Assembly (NCBI GenBank): GCA_016845585.1
Contig: JAERSO010000102.1
Location: forward strand, 23,086 to 87,085
Direction: 5' to 3'
Length of the DNA: 64,000 nt
DNA from: Acidimicrobiaceae bacterium
GTDB taxonomy: Bacteria; Actinomycetota; Acidimicrobiia; Acidimicrobiales; Aldehydirespiratoraceae
Of this stretch, positions 56,597 through 64,000 are shown piece after piece. Position numbers and translations under genes: made by a program. The number at the start of each line of letters is the position of its first letter. Position 1 is the stretch's first letter. The notes under the pieces are model-generated. The model searched no databases. It was not told the DNA's origin and worked only from the letters and a program-made list of their open reading frames with translations.

Positions 56597-58372
56597 TCAG
56601 GACCCTTCTGTCCCCACCGGGAGCGGAAGCCCCTCGGCCGAGTTGAGAAGTTGCAGCAGCGTCGGGACGTGTTCATCGGCGCCGCCGGCAGGCCGCGCCT
56701 CGACCGAACCCTCGCCCCCGAGCAGGAAGCGGGGTCCTTCCGCCGAGTCGAACCGACTCGCATCGGTGAAGAGTCGAGGCTTGATCTGGGCGGGGTCGCC
56801 GTCTTCGGGGCAGAAGGTCATGCAATTGCCGCACTCGTTGCAGAGCTCGGTGAACACCATGTACTGCTGGCGCCCTTCGAGCCCCTCGACATCCCCGGTG
56901 GGGATCTTGAAGAACGCGTCGTTGGGGCACACGGTGACGCAGAAGTTGCAGGCCACACAGCCCCACGTCTCCAGCTCATGGTCGACTGAACGCGGAAGCT
57001 TCGAATTGCCCGCGAGGCTGTAGCGCTCGACGTCCTCACCCAGCACGTGCGCGAGGTGGGACGCGACGAGGTCGCGATGCCCCTGGGCCCGAACATCGGC
57101 CAGCCGACTCGTGCGCCAACCATCGAGATCGGCCGCACCGGCATCGCTCACCGCAGCGGTGAGCGACTTCAGCATCGGCGCGAGACGGCCGTAGCCGCCT
57201 GGCTTCAGCAGATCCGAGCAGATCGTGGCCGGGCGCACACCCATGGCGATGGTGTCGGCCAGGTTCTCCTTGGTGACACCAGCCGAGAAGCTGACCTGCA
57301 CGTCGCCGTCGTGGCCGGGCAGCATCAAAACGCCCGGGAGCGCGGTGGCCAACGCTTCGGCGAGCGTTGTGGCGAGCACGTGGAGGGGCGGGCCGGACAG
57401 GTACAGCGTGTCCTCGGGCATCCACTGCTTGTTGTTGGCGACCACCAGCGTGTTGGTGAGCTTGATCCCGAAGCGGTGGCCCCGGTCCTTGGCGTGGGTG
57501 TTGAGCTCGCCGATGAGCTCGATCGCCCGGCCGAACTGCAGATCCTCCTCGAACGCCGTGGGAACGAGCGTGACGGTGTCGTAGCCGAGCTGATCGTTCA
57601 CGATCTCGGTGACCCGTTCGAGACCGAGCAGGGTGGGGTTGAGCTTGGCGATGACATCGACGTCGTGATCGTCGATCAGGTGCTTCGTGATCGCCTCGAT
57701 CTCGTCGGGCGGACAGCCGTGGAATGTCGACAGCGTCACGGTGTCGGAGACGACCGTGGGGAAGTCGATGTCGGCGATGTGCGAGAACCCTGCGGGGATC
57801 TGGGGGCGCAGTCGCTCGATCTCTTCAGCAGCGTTGCCCATCGATCGAATGAAGCCTGCGACCTTCTCACTCTTGATGCCCTCGAGGTCATAACCGACGG
57901 ACAGGTCGAACACGTGAGCGCCGGTGTCGGGGCCGAGGTGTTCGGCGAGCGGTTCCCAGCGGCGGAGGATCTCGATGATCATCCATGCCTTGACGTATTC
58001 CTCGAGGCTCTGGTGCACCTCGAGTTCCTGGCTCCATTCGATGTTGTAGCCGATCGTCTCCATGTCGATGCACGGACGGGCGATGTCGAGATCGTCGAGG
58101 ATCTGCACGGTCTTGAGCTCGAACAGCCGAGAGCCGCCGAGCCACGCGAGCACGATGTTCTGCGCCATTTGTGAGTGCGGACCCGCGGCCGGGCCGATCG
58201 GGGTGGCCGCCGGCCGGCCGAGGAACTCAAAGGACAGGTCGACGTCTTCGGCGGGCTTCCAGATGCGCGCCGACGGCAGATCGAAGATCCGCTGGCGCGA
58301 GGTCCACTCGTGCTCGATCCGCAACAGCAGCTGTTCGAGCGACATCGGCGTGAGCGGTGGTGAATCAGTCAT
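56597..58372 (-). CDS. YgfK-like oxidoreductase (N-terminal flavin barrel plus C-terminal 4Fe-4S motifs) lacking the central GltD-like domain
   Basis: TPIGPAAGPHSQMAQNI, ELKTVQ, PCID, YNIEWSQEL, DLSVGYDLEGI, STFHGCPPDEIE, KLNPTLLG, KLTNT, LKPGGYGRL; CVACNFCVTVCPN and CNECGNCMTFCP; 591 aa. Confidence 0.8.
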   Translation of the reverse strand: MTDSPPLTPMSLEQLLLRIEHEWTSRQRIFDLPSARIWKPAEDVDLSFEFLGRPAATPIGPAAGPHSQMAQNIVLAWLGGSRLFELKTVQILDDLDIARPCIDMETIGYNIEWSQELEVHQSLEEYVKAWMIIEILRRWEPLAEHLGPDTGAHVFDLSVGYDLEGIKSEKVAGFIRSMGNAAEEIERLRPQIPAGFSHIADIDFPTVVSDTVTLSTFHGCPPDEIEAITKHLIDDHDVDVIAKLNPTLLGLERVTEIVNDQLGYDTVTLVPTAFEEDLQFGRAIELIGELNTHAKDRGHRFGIKLTNTLVVANNKQWMPEDTLYLSGPPLHVLATTLAEALATALPGVLMLPGHDGDVQVSFSAGVTKENLADTIAMGVRPATICSDLLKPGGYGRLAPMLKSLTAAVSDAGAADLDGWRTSRLADVRAQGHRDLVASHLAHVLGEDVERYSLAGNSKLPRSVDHELETWGCVACNFCVTVCPNDAFFKIPTGDVEGLEGRQQYMVFTELCNECGNCMTFCPEDGDPAQIKPRLFTDASRFDSAEGPRFLLGGEGSVEARPAGGADEHVPTLLQLLNSAEGLPLPVGTEGS

Positions 58373-58401
58373 GGCGCCAGCTTTCGTCGGGTCTCCTGCA
58401 C

Positions 58402-58416
58402 TTTACAAAATGTTAA
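58402..58416. promoter_or_regulatory. AT-rich imperfect palindrome upstream of the ygfK-like operon
   Basis: TTTACA-AAA-TGTTAA in otherwise GC-rich DNA, 30 nt upstream of the start codon. Confidence 0.45.
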
Positions 58417-58446
58417 GAATGCGCACTGTGCCGGCACGCTGCGTCG

Positions 58447-60150
58447 TCATCGATCGTGCGACACGAGTCGTTTCGCCTGCTGGGCCCTCGCGTTCGCCGC
58501 TCGACGCGCCCGCAAGCGTTCGCCTCTGCTGTATTCCAGTGGATCGAAGTCGTCAGGGTCGGCCGGGATGGACGTGGGGTCGATGAGCTGTTCGCCCAGG
58601 TAGAACTCCGCGATGAGCGGCCGATCGAGGATCGCGCTGGCGCAGAAGACACCGCCGCTCACGGCGCCGGCGATTCCGTGCCCACCGACGGTGTTCGCAC
58701 CGACCACATACAACCCGTCGATCTCGGTGCGGTACTGCGGTCGCTTCTCGCCAATTTGATCGGGGCTGTGCATGTAGCCGTAGCTCGTGCCGCCGGTGCT
58801 GTGGGTGTAGCGCTCATGCGAAAGCGTCGTCGCCGTCTCCACATGCACGATGTTGTCACGGAACGGACCGAGCACACGCTCGGCGGCCTCGATCAGAGCG
58901 TCGGAGAGCTCCTCCTTCCGGGTCCGGTAGGTCTCGTTGCGGCGATAGCTCCCGCCATCGGCCGGGCCGGCGTCGACGCCCCAGAAGTCGTTGCCCCGCG
59001 GGGCAAGCGTCATGATCTGGAAGTTGGTGTGGCCTGGCGGACACAGCTCCGGGTTCGCCGGATCCTTCCGGCTCGCGGGCGCGATGTAGGCGAAGGGCAC
59101 GTTCCCGTCCGGAAGCTGCCCGGCGTCGAGATCGGCGTACAGCTCATCCGTGCGGTAGTCGTGGAACACGAAGTAGTTCGTGTTCGGCCCCGTCAGCTCC
59201 TTGTCGACGACCACGTACGTGCACACCAACCCGAGGGTCATGATCGCGTCCTGGGCCCAGCTGACGGTGCCGGGCGACAGGTGCTCTTCCCCGATCAGGT
59301 GCTCGACGGTTCGACGATAATCGGCATTGCTGACCACGAGCGGCGCGTCGATTCGATCACCGTTCTCGAGCAGTACACCGGTGGCGGTGCCGCCTTCCAC
59401 GATGATGTGATCGACCGGCGACAGCGTGCGCACCTCTCCCCCGCACGCCTCGATCGCCTGGATCAAGCGTGCTGCGATCATCTGCCCGCCTCCCGCCGGG
59501 TAGTACGCGCCTCCCATGTAGTGCCCGATGATCCGGGCGTGCATGACGACCGCTGTCTGTTCGGGCGACCCCGCGTACAGGCCGGACCAGTGGTCGATCA
59601 CTGCCATCGCCTGCTGGGACAACTCGCACTCGTCGAACAGTTCGGAGAGCGGCCGCGTGGCCCACTCGTCGTAGGTGGGTCGGTCTTCCCCGAAGATGAG
59701 CCGACCCTCCTCCGCCACGGTTCGCAATGTCGTCAGGCAACGCTCGATACCGGCTCGATCGTTGGGGAACTGCTCGACCAGACGGTCCTGATATCGCTCC
59801 CATCCAGCGGGCACACGAACGGTGAAGTCCGCGAACACGAGGGTGTCGAAGCCGTCGTCGTCCAAGGGGCGAAAGTCGAAGCGGTCACCGATGCCGAGGC
59901 CGTTGAAGACCTGGGTGAACAGGCCGCCCGGGCCGCATTCGCCGATGTAGTGCACACCGACATCGAATTCGTACCAGTCGTCGCCGTGGTGGCGTCGAAA
60001 CACCTGCGTGTTGCCTCCCGCAAGATCATGTCGTTCCAGGACGAGGACGCGCCGACCGGCGCCGGCCAAACAGGCCGCCGTGGTGAGTCCGCCCGGTCCT
60101 GAGCCGATGACGACGGCGTCCCAGGCCTCGACCTCAGTCATGGTTGTCAT
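58447..60150 (-). CDS. FAD-dependent oxidoreductase, phytoene desaturase/retinol saturase family
   Basis: VVIGSGPGGL, EFDVGVHYIG, YYPAGGGQ, VVSNAD, RKDP, STGGTSYG, GLYVVGA...GHGI. Confidence 0.85.
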   Translation of the reverse strand: MTTMTEVEAWDAVVIGSGPGGLTTAACLAGAGRRVLVLERHDLAGGNTQVFRRHHGDDWYEFDVGVHYIGECGPGGLFTQVFNGLGIGDRFDFRPLDDDGFDTLVFADFTVRVPAGWERYQDRLVEQFPNDRAGIERCLTTLRTVAEEGRLIFGEDRPTYDEWATRPLSELFDECELSQQAMAVIDHWSGLYAGSPEQTAVVMHARIIGHYMGGAYYPAGGGQMIAARLIQAIEACGGEVRTLSPVDHIIVEGGTATGVLLENGDRIDAPLVVSNADYRRTVEHLIGEEHLSPGTVSWAQDAIMTLGLVCTYVVVDKELTGPNTNYFVFHDYRTDELYADLDAGQLPDGNVPFAYIAPASRKDPANPELCPPGHTNFQIMTLAPRGNDFWGVDAGPADGGSYRRNETYRTRKEELSDALIEAAERVLGPFRDNIVHVETATTLSHERYTHSTGGTSYGYMHSPDQIGEKRPQYRTEIDGLYVVGANTVGGHGIAGAVSGGVFCASAILDRPLIAEFYLGEQLIDPTSIPADPDDFDPLEYSRGERLRARRAANARAQQAKRLVSHDR

Positions 60151-60173
60151 CTGGATCCCTCCCGGTCATGGCT

Positions 60174-61346
60174 CTACCGACGCCAGCCGGCCATTCGATC
60201 GTTCAAGAAGACGCCGGTCGGATCGACAGCATCGCGTGCTGCCCACCAATCGTCCCAGCGGGGATGCGCTTCGGCCAATTGTGCGCCGTCCAGGTAATGC
60301 ACCTTCCCCCAGTGTGGGCGTCCGCCGTAGGCGAGGAATACCTCCTCACAGGCCCGGAAGAAGGGCTCGCTCGGCTGATCGATGCCCTGATGGACTGAAA
60401 TGGTGGCGACGTCCTGCCCGTAGGCCTGGGAGAGCCAGACATCGTCGGCGGCAACCCGCCGGTACTCGACCGGCCAGTAGACGTCGGTGAATCGGTTCAG
60501 CAACAGGTTCCGGATCTCGTCGAGGCACTCGAGCGAACCTTCTGCCGCGACCGCGTACTCCATCTCGGTGTGAAGATGAGGCCGATGGTTGGGCAGGACC
60601 TCATAGCTCCAGTTGCAGCGACTCCCCTCCTCACCGACCGGGTAGACGGCTGGTTCATCGGTGATGTCCAAATGCTTGGCCGCAGCAGTGTCGCTCCGCG
60701 GCGCCCAGAAGAACTCGAAATGGCGATGGGTCTCGTTGAGTTCGTCGATCGACGGCCGAAGCGCGTCGTAGGAGGCCTCCCAGCCCGTTTCGGCCAACCG
60801 ATACGCAGGGCGAACCGTGAGCTCGACTTCGGTCACGATGCCGAACGCTCCCATACCGAGGCGAGCTGCTTCGAGCAGCGACTGGTTCTGCGAGTCACTG
60901 CACTCGACCACACTGCCGTCCGCCATCACCATCGTCATGGCTGTGACTCCCGTGGAGAGGTTGCCGAGCGTTGTCCCCGTTCCGTGGGTTCCCGTCGATG
61001 TGGCACCGACGATCGCCTGGCGATCGATGTCGCCCTGGTTGAGAAGCCCGACCCCCGCGTCATGAAGTGGTCGACCGAGGGCGGTGATGGGTGTGCCGGC
61101 TCGAACCCTTGCCCGCAGCCGCGACTCATCGACGGCGACGACTCCGGCCATACCCGTGAGATCGACGATCACATCGTCGGTCGGCACCAGTCGGTAGTGG
61201 CTGTGACCGGATCCAGCGGCGCGAACAGTCAGGCCTCGCTCGGCGCTCTCGGCCACGATGGCGCGGATGTCGTCGATGTGGCGGGGGAAGCGGAGCTGTG
61301 CCGGCTTGCTCTGCTCGCTCTGTGACCAGTTCGACCATTTGGGCAT
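60174..61346 (-). CDS. FAD-linked oxidase, D-arabinono-1,4-lactone oxidase/alditol oxidase family
   Basis: WSNWS, VRAAGSGHS (covalent-FAD His), NQGDID, TGTHGTG, EMEY, PVEYR, GRPHWGK, DPTGVFLN. Confidence 0.88.
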   Translation of the reverse strand: MPKWSNWSQSEQSKPAQLRFPRHIDDIRAIVAESAERGLTVRAAGSGHSHYRLVPTDDVIVDLTGMAGVVAVDESRLRARVRAGTPITALGRPLHDAGVGLLNQGDIDRQAIVGATSTGTHGTGTTLGNLSTGVTAMTMVMADGSVVECSDSQNQSLLEAARLGMGAFGIVTEVELTVRPAYRLAETGWEASYDALRPSIDELNETHRHFEFFWAPRSDTAAAKHLDITDEPAVYPVGEEGSRCNWSYEVLPNHRPHLHTEMEYAVAAEGSLECLDEIRNLLLNRFTDVYWPVEYRRVAADDVWLSQAYGQDVATISVHQGIDQPSEPFFRACEEVFLAYGGRPHWGKVHYLDGAQLAEAHPRWDDWWAARDAVDPTGVFLNDRMAGWRR

Positions 61347-61501
61347 GTGATTGGGCTTTCCGAGAAGCGAGCACAGAGCTCGCGTGCGACATGGGGTGCG
61401 ACCGTCGGTAATTCGTTCGACAACTCGGCGGATCCTTCGTACCTTCGCACCTACGAGTGACCGCGGCCACCTGGCCGCACGGACCGACGAAAGGAGATCC
61501 C

Positions 61502-61564
61502 ATGATTCTCGTCAACACCTTCATCGCCGATCTCCCCGCCGGCGCCTCCAACGGCGTCGCCTGA
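61502..61564 (+). CDS. Possible 20-aa small ORF (MILVNTFIADLPAGASNGVA)
   Basis: Strong RBS AAAGGAG 5 nt upstream of the ATG; GC-type codon usage; not in the ORF track. Confidence 0.35.
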   Translation: MILVNTFIADLPAGASNGVA

Positions 61565-61911
61565 TTCGGCGACCGACGCTTCGGCGCCGGCTCCCCTTCG
61601 CTCGTCAGCCCCGCTGACCATCCGGCTCTGACCGGACGGTCCGCTGCGCCTCGTGCCTGTCCCCCACCCGCGTTCGAATCATCAGACCCTGGCCTGTCCG
61701 CCGGCGTCTCCGAGGAGCACTCATGCACGAACTCAACTATCACGCGGTCCTTGCCGAGCGACGCCGACAGGTGCGCTCAGTGGAGGAGCGATATCGCCGG
61801 TACGGCCGACCCGTCCGGCAACCCATGTTGCCGTTGCATCGCCGCCGCGCGGCCGATAGGTCACACCGGCCCGGGAGGCTCCCGCTCGTTCGACGAGTGG
61901 GAGTCTCCCGG

Positions 61912-62169
61912 CTATCCGGCCACGACCCAGAGCACCGCCATCGAGATCCAGCTTCCGATGACCGCCCAGAACACGACCGGATGCTCGGTTCTGGTGATGC
62001 GCTGGATGAAGTTGCTCTCGCCGGTGAACACATCGAACAGGGCCCACGCGATGAACAACACCGCGAAGATCCACACCTGGTTGGCGAGAGCAGCGCCCCA
62101 CAGCACGGCCAGCCCCACGATGGTCGGCCACACCCCGGAACGTTCGACGATCTCTGTTGCCCCTCTCAC
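61912..62169 (-). CDS. Small membrane protein (85 aa)
   Basis: Three hydrophobic segments; 4-nt overlap with the Rieske gene stop. Confidence 0.65.
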   Translation of the reverse strand: MRGATEIVERSGVWPTIVGLAVLWGAALANQVWIFAVLFIAWALFDVFTGESNFIQRITRTEHPVVFWAVIGSWISMAVLWVVAG

Positions 62170-63299
62170 AGCGACGCAGCCTCGTTCTGGCGGGGAATCC
62201 CGACGTCGGCAGATGTGCGAACCGGAGGCACATCGGCGCCGTGAAGCTGTCGATTCAGGTAGTGGTGAAAGTCAGAGATCACCTGTTCCATGGGGACGAG
62301 CACGCCCGGGGTGTAGTCACCCGATGCAGCTCGCTGCCCACGGAGACAGATCGCCTCGTCTTCGGGCAGGAAATCGGGGAGCATCGCTCCGGCGGACGCT
62401 GCGGCCTTGCCGGCCAGCTTGGCGAGCCCCTTCGAGTTCTCAGGTGAAGGGCTTCGGTAGGCGCCTCCAGTCACGATCCGAGTGCGGTTCCACGCCAGCG
62501 GCTGAACCGCCTGCCACAGCAGGCTGTCGCCGGTGAGCACGCCGACGAAGTTCGGGAGCAGGCTCAGCAGCGTGTAGTCGCCACCGCCGCCACGAGACGA
62601 GATGCCGCCGGTGGCGGTGGCATCCGCATTCCCGACGATGTAGTAAGCGCCAGAGGTCGGCGAATACGGTTCGAGTGTTTCCTCGTGCACCTTGAACAGG
62701 TGGTAGCTCTCCATCGCGTTGGAGATCACCAGCTTCCAGTTCGCCTCCCACGTCTCATCGCCACGATGCGCTGTCCAATGGTTGAGGCCCGCCATGTCGG
62801 CCTCCGACGCGATCGCGTCGAGGTGGGCGAAGCGCTCAGCGAGAGGTGCGACATCCGAGTTCAGACTGGCGAACACCAGCCCATGCCATTCGTCGGCCAC
62901 GTAGCTGGGAAGGCAATGAACATCCCGATCGACGTCATCACGGTTGGTGTAGGGGACCGCGAGCAAGCGGCCGTCATCGGCAAATGTCCATGCGTGATAG
63001 GGGCACTGGAAACGCTTGGTGTTGCCGTGCCCCTCGACCAAAAGCGTGCCGCGGTGGGCGCACATGTTCGACATTGCGGTCAGGCGGCCTTCTTGGTTTC
63101 GCTGGACGATCACCGGTTGCCCGCCGAGCTCGGTGGTCACGAAGTCGCCGGGTTCCGCCACCTCGTCGGCAGTGCCGACGAACACCCAGTCGTTTCGGTA
63201 GATGTGCGCAACGTCGGCGCCGAAAGCCGCCTCGCGGTATGCCGCTGCGGGGAGCGCTCTCAAGGGATCAATGTCGTACAGCCGAGTCATAACGATCAT
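62166..63299 (-). CDS. Rieske non-heme iron oxygenase alpha subunit
   Basis: NMCAHRG and CPYHAW (Rieske ligands), ANWKL..NAMESYHLFKVH and ED (mononuclear Fe site). Confidence 0.9.
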   Translation of the reverse strand: MIVMTRLYDIDPLRALPAAAYREAAFGADVAHIYRNDWVFVGTADEVAEPGDFVTTELGGQPVIVQRNQEGRLTAMSNMCAHRGTLLVEGHGNTKRFQCPYHAWTFADDGRLLAVPYTNRDDVDRDVHCLPSYVADEWHGLVFASLNSDVAPLAERFAHLDAIASEADMAGLNHWTAHRGDETWEANWKLVISNAMESYHLFKVHEETLEPYSPTSGAYYIVGNADATATGGISSRGGGGDYTLLSLLPNFVGVLTGDSLLWQAVQPLAWNRTRIVTGGAYRSPSPENSKGLAKLAGKAAASAGAMLPDFLPEDEAICLRGQRAASGDYTPGVLVPMEQVISDFHHYLNRQLHGADVPPVRTSADVGIPRQNEAASL

Positions 63300-63347
63300 T
63301 CCACCGACGGTCGTCTGTTAGACAAACGTTTCTACTATGCTTCTGGT

Positions 63348-64000
63348 GTGACTCCCTCCACACCCAACGACCTCGCTCCCTCGGCACGTTCGTTCGTCTA
63401 CGGGCTTGCTGACGGCGCGGGTCATGTCGACACGGAAGTCCTGTATGCGACCGCGGAGGTCATTGGATTCAGCAGCACCAAGCTGAGGCTGGCGCTGAAG
63501 CGAATGGTCGAGGCCGGCCTGATCTCCTCAAACGGCCGTGGACGGAAGGCCGAGATCGAACTGACCGCGTCGGGACTCGCCGACCGCTCCCCCGACCTCG
63601 CATGGACCGCGGTGGCCTACCGTGCCGATGCCGGCTTGGACATCTGGGACGGGGTCTGGCATCTGGCGGGATTCGAGATCCCCGAGTCGCAGCGGTCAGC
63701 GCGAAACGCCGTGCGCCAACAACTCGTCGATCTTCTCGGCGGCCAACTGAGCGGTGGCCTGTACGTGTCACCGCTCAGCTGGGAGCCCTGGTTGATCGCC
63801 GTCGCTCACCAGCAGGGCGTATCGGATCGGATCACTCTGGCAACCACAACCGACCTCTCCCATGCCGGTCGTACCGCTCCGCGCGAAGTGGCCGCGACGA
63901 TCTGGCCGGTCGAGGAGATGCATCATGGTTACAGGCAATTCATGACGCGCTGGGAACCGCGGCTGGGCGATCTTCCAGATGACGGACTCCAGGCCGCCCG
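63348..64000 (+). CDS. PaaX-family transcriptional regulator (3'-truncated by window edge; missing from the ORF track)
   Basis: From GTG 63348: SARSFVYGL, KLRLALKRMVEAGLI..GRGRKA, WDGVWHLAGFEIPESQRSARNAVR, GGLYVSP; frame open to the window end. Confidence 0.82.
   Translation, partial: MTPSTPNDLAPSARSFVYGLADGAGHVDTEVLYATAEVIGFSSTKLRLALKRMVEAGLISSNGRGRKAEIELTASGLADRSPDLAWTAVAYRADAGLDIWDGVWHLAGFEIPESQRSARNAVRQQLVDLLGGQLSGGLYVSPLSWEPWLIAVAHQQGVSDRITLATTTDLSHAGRTAPREVAATIWPVEEMHHGYRQFMTRWEPRLGDLPDDGLQAA

Noticed and set aside
56597-58372. Selenate reductase function, from the legacy YgfK label
   Set aside because: No molybdopterin subunit or selenium-related genes nearby; the label is not supported by this context
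58447-60150. Carotenoid biosynthesis cluster
   Set aside because: No crtB/crtE/crtY neighbours; only a family-level FAD oxidoreductase call is supported
1-64000. CRISPR arrays, tRNA/rRNA, IS transposases, integrases, prophage genes
   Set aside because: No regularly spaced repeats, RNA-gene signatures or recombinase/transposase motifs seen by eye; tRNAscan, Rfam and CRISPR finders were not run

Overview
High-GC, gene-dense bacterial DNA, most consistent with a marine or aquatic actinobacterium of the Acidimicrobiia type. That assignment is an inference from the mycothiol-dependent MDMPI protein, the large NAD-glutamate dehydrogenase, the DUF222 remnant and the general gene content. I see no rRNA, tRNA, CRISPR array, prophage or intact transposase. 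The window is mostly catabolic and aimed at osmolytes and N-/S-methylated or C-P compounds: ectoine (doeB, two doeA/eutD paralogs), (hydroxy)proline betaine (hpbD-like epimerase, stcD/hpbA-like demethylase), choline-O-sulfate (betC), a non-pyrrolysine MttB-family methyltransferase, a DmdA-related aminomethyltransferase, tmpA/tmpB-like phosphonate oxygenases with a PhnF/HutC-type regulator and a matching palindrome, five PhyH-type dioxygenase genes, an alkyl sulfatase, CYP153 and a Rieske oxygenase. Most unusual observations: (1) a PlsC-type acyltransferase with a C-terminal dodecin-like domain, translationally coupled to a stand-alone dodecin that lacks the flavin-binding residues (possible hetero-oligomeric cage carrying an acyltransferase); (2) a full-length eukaryote-like protein arginine methyltransferase homolog; (3) a LysR-linked PhyH-HpbD-PhyH-DoeA-like operon that matches no pathway I know; (4) a shortened YgfK-like flavo-Fe-S protein coupled to an amidase. 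Several genes are broken (pcm amber codon, an internally deleted PhyH, frameshifted GGDEF and other genes). All calls come from reading motifs by eye; no database searches were run.
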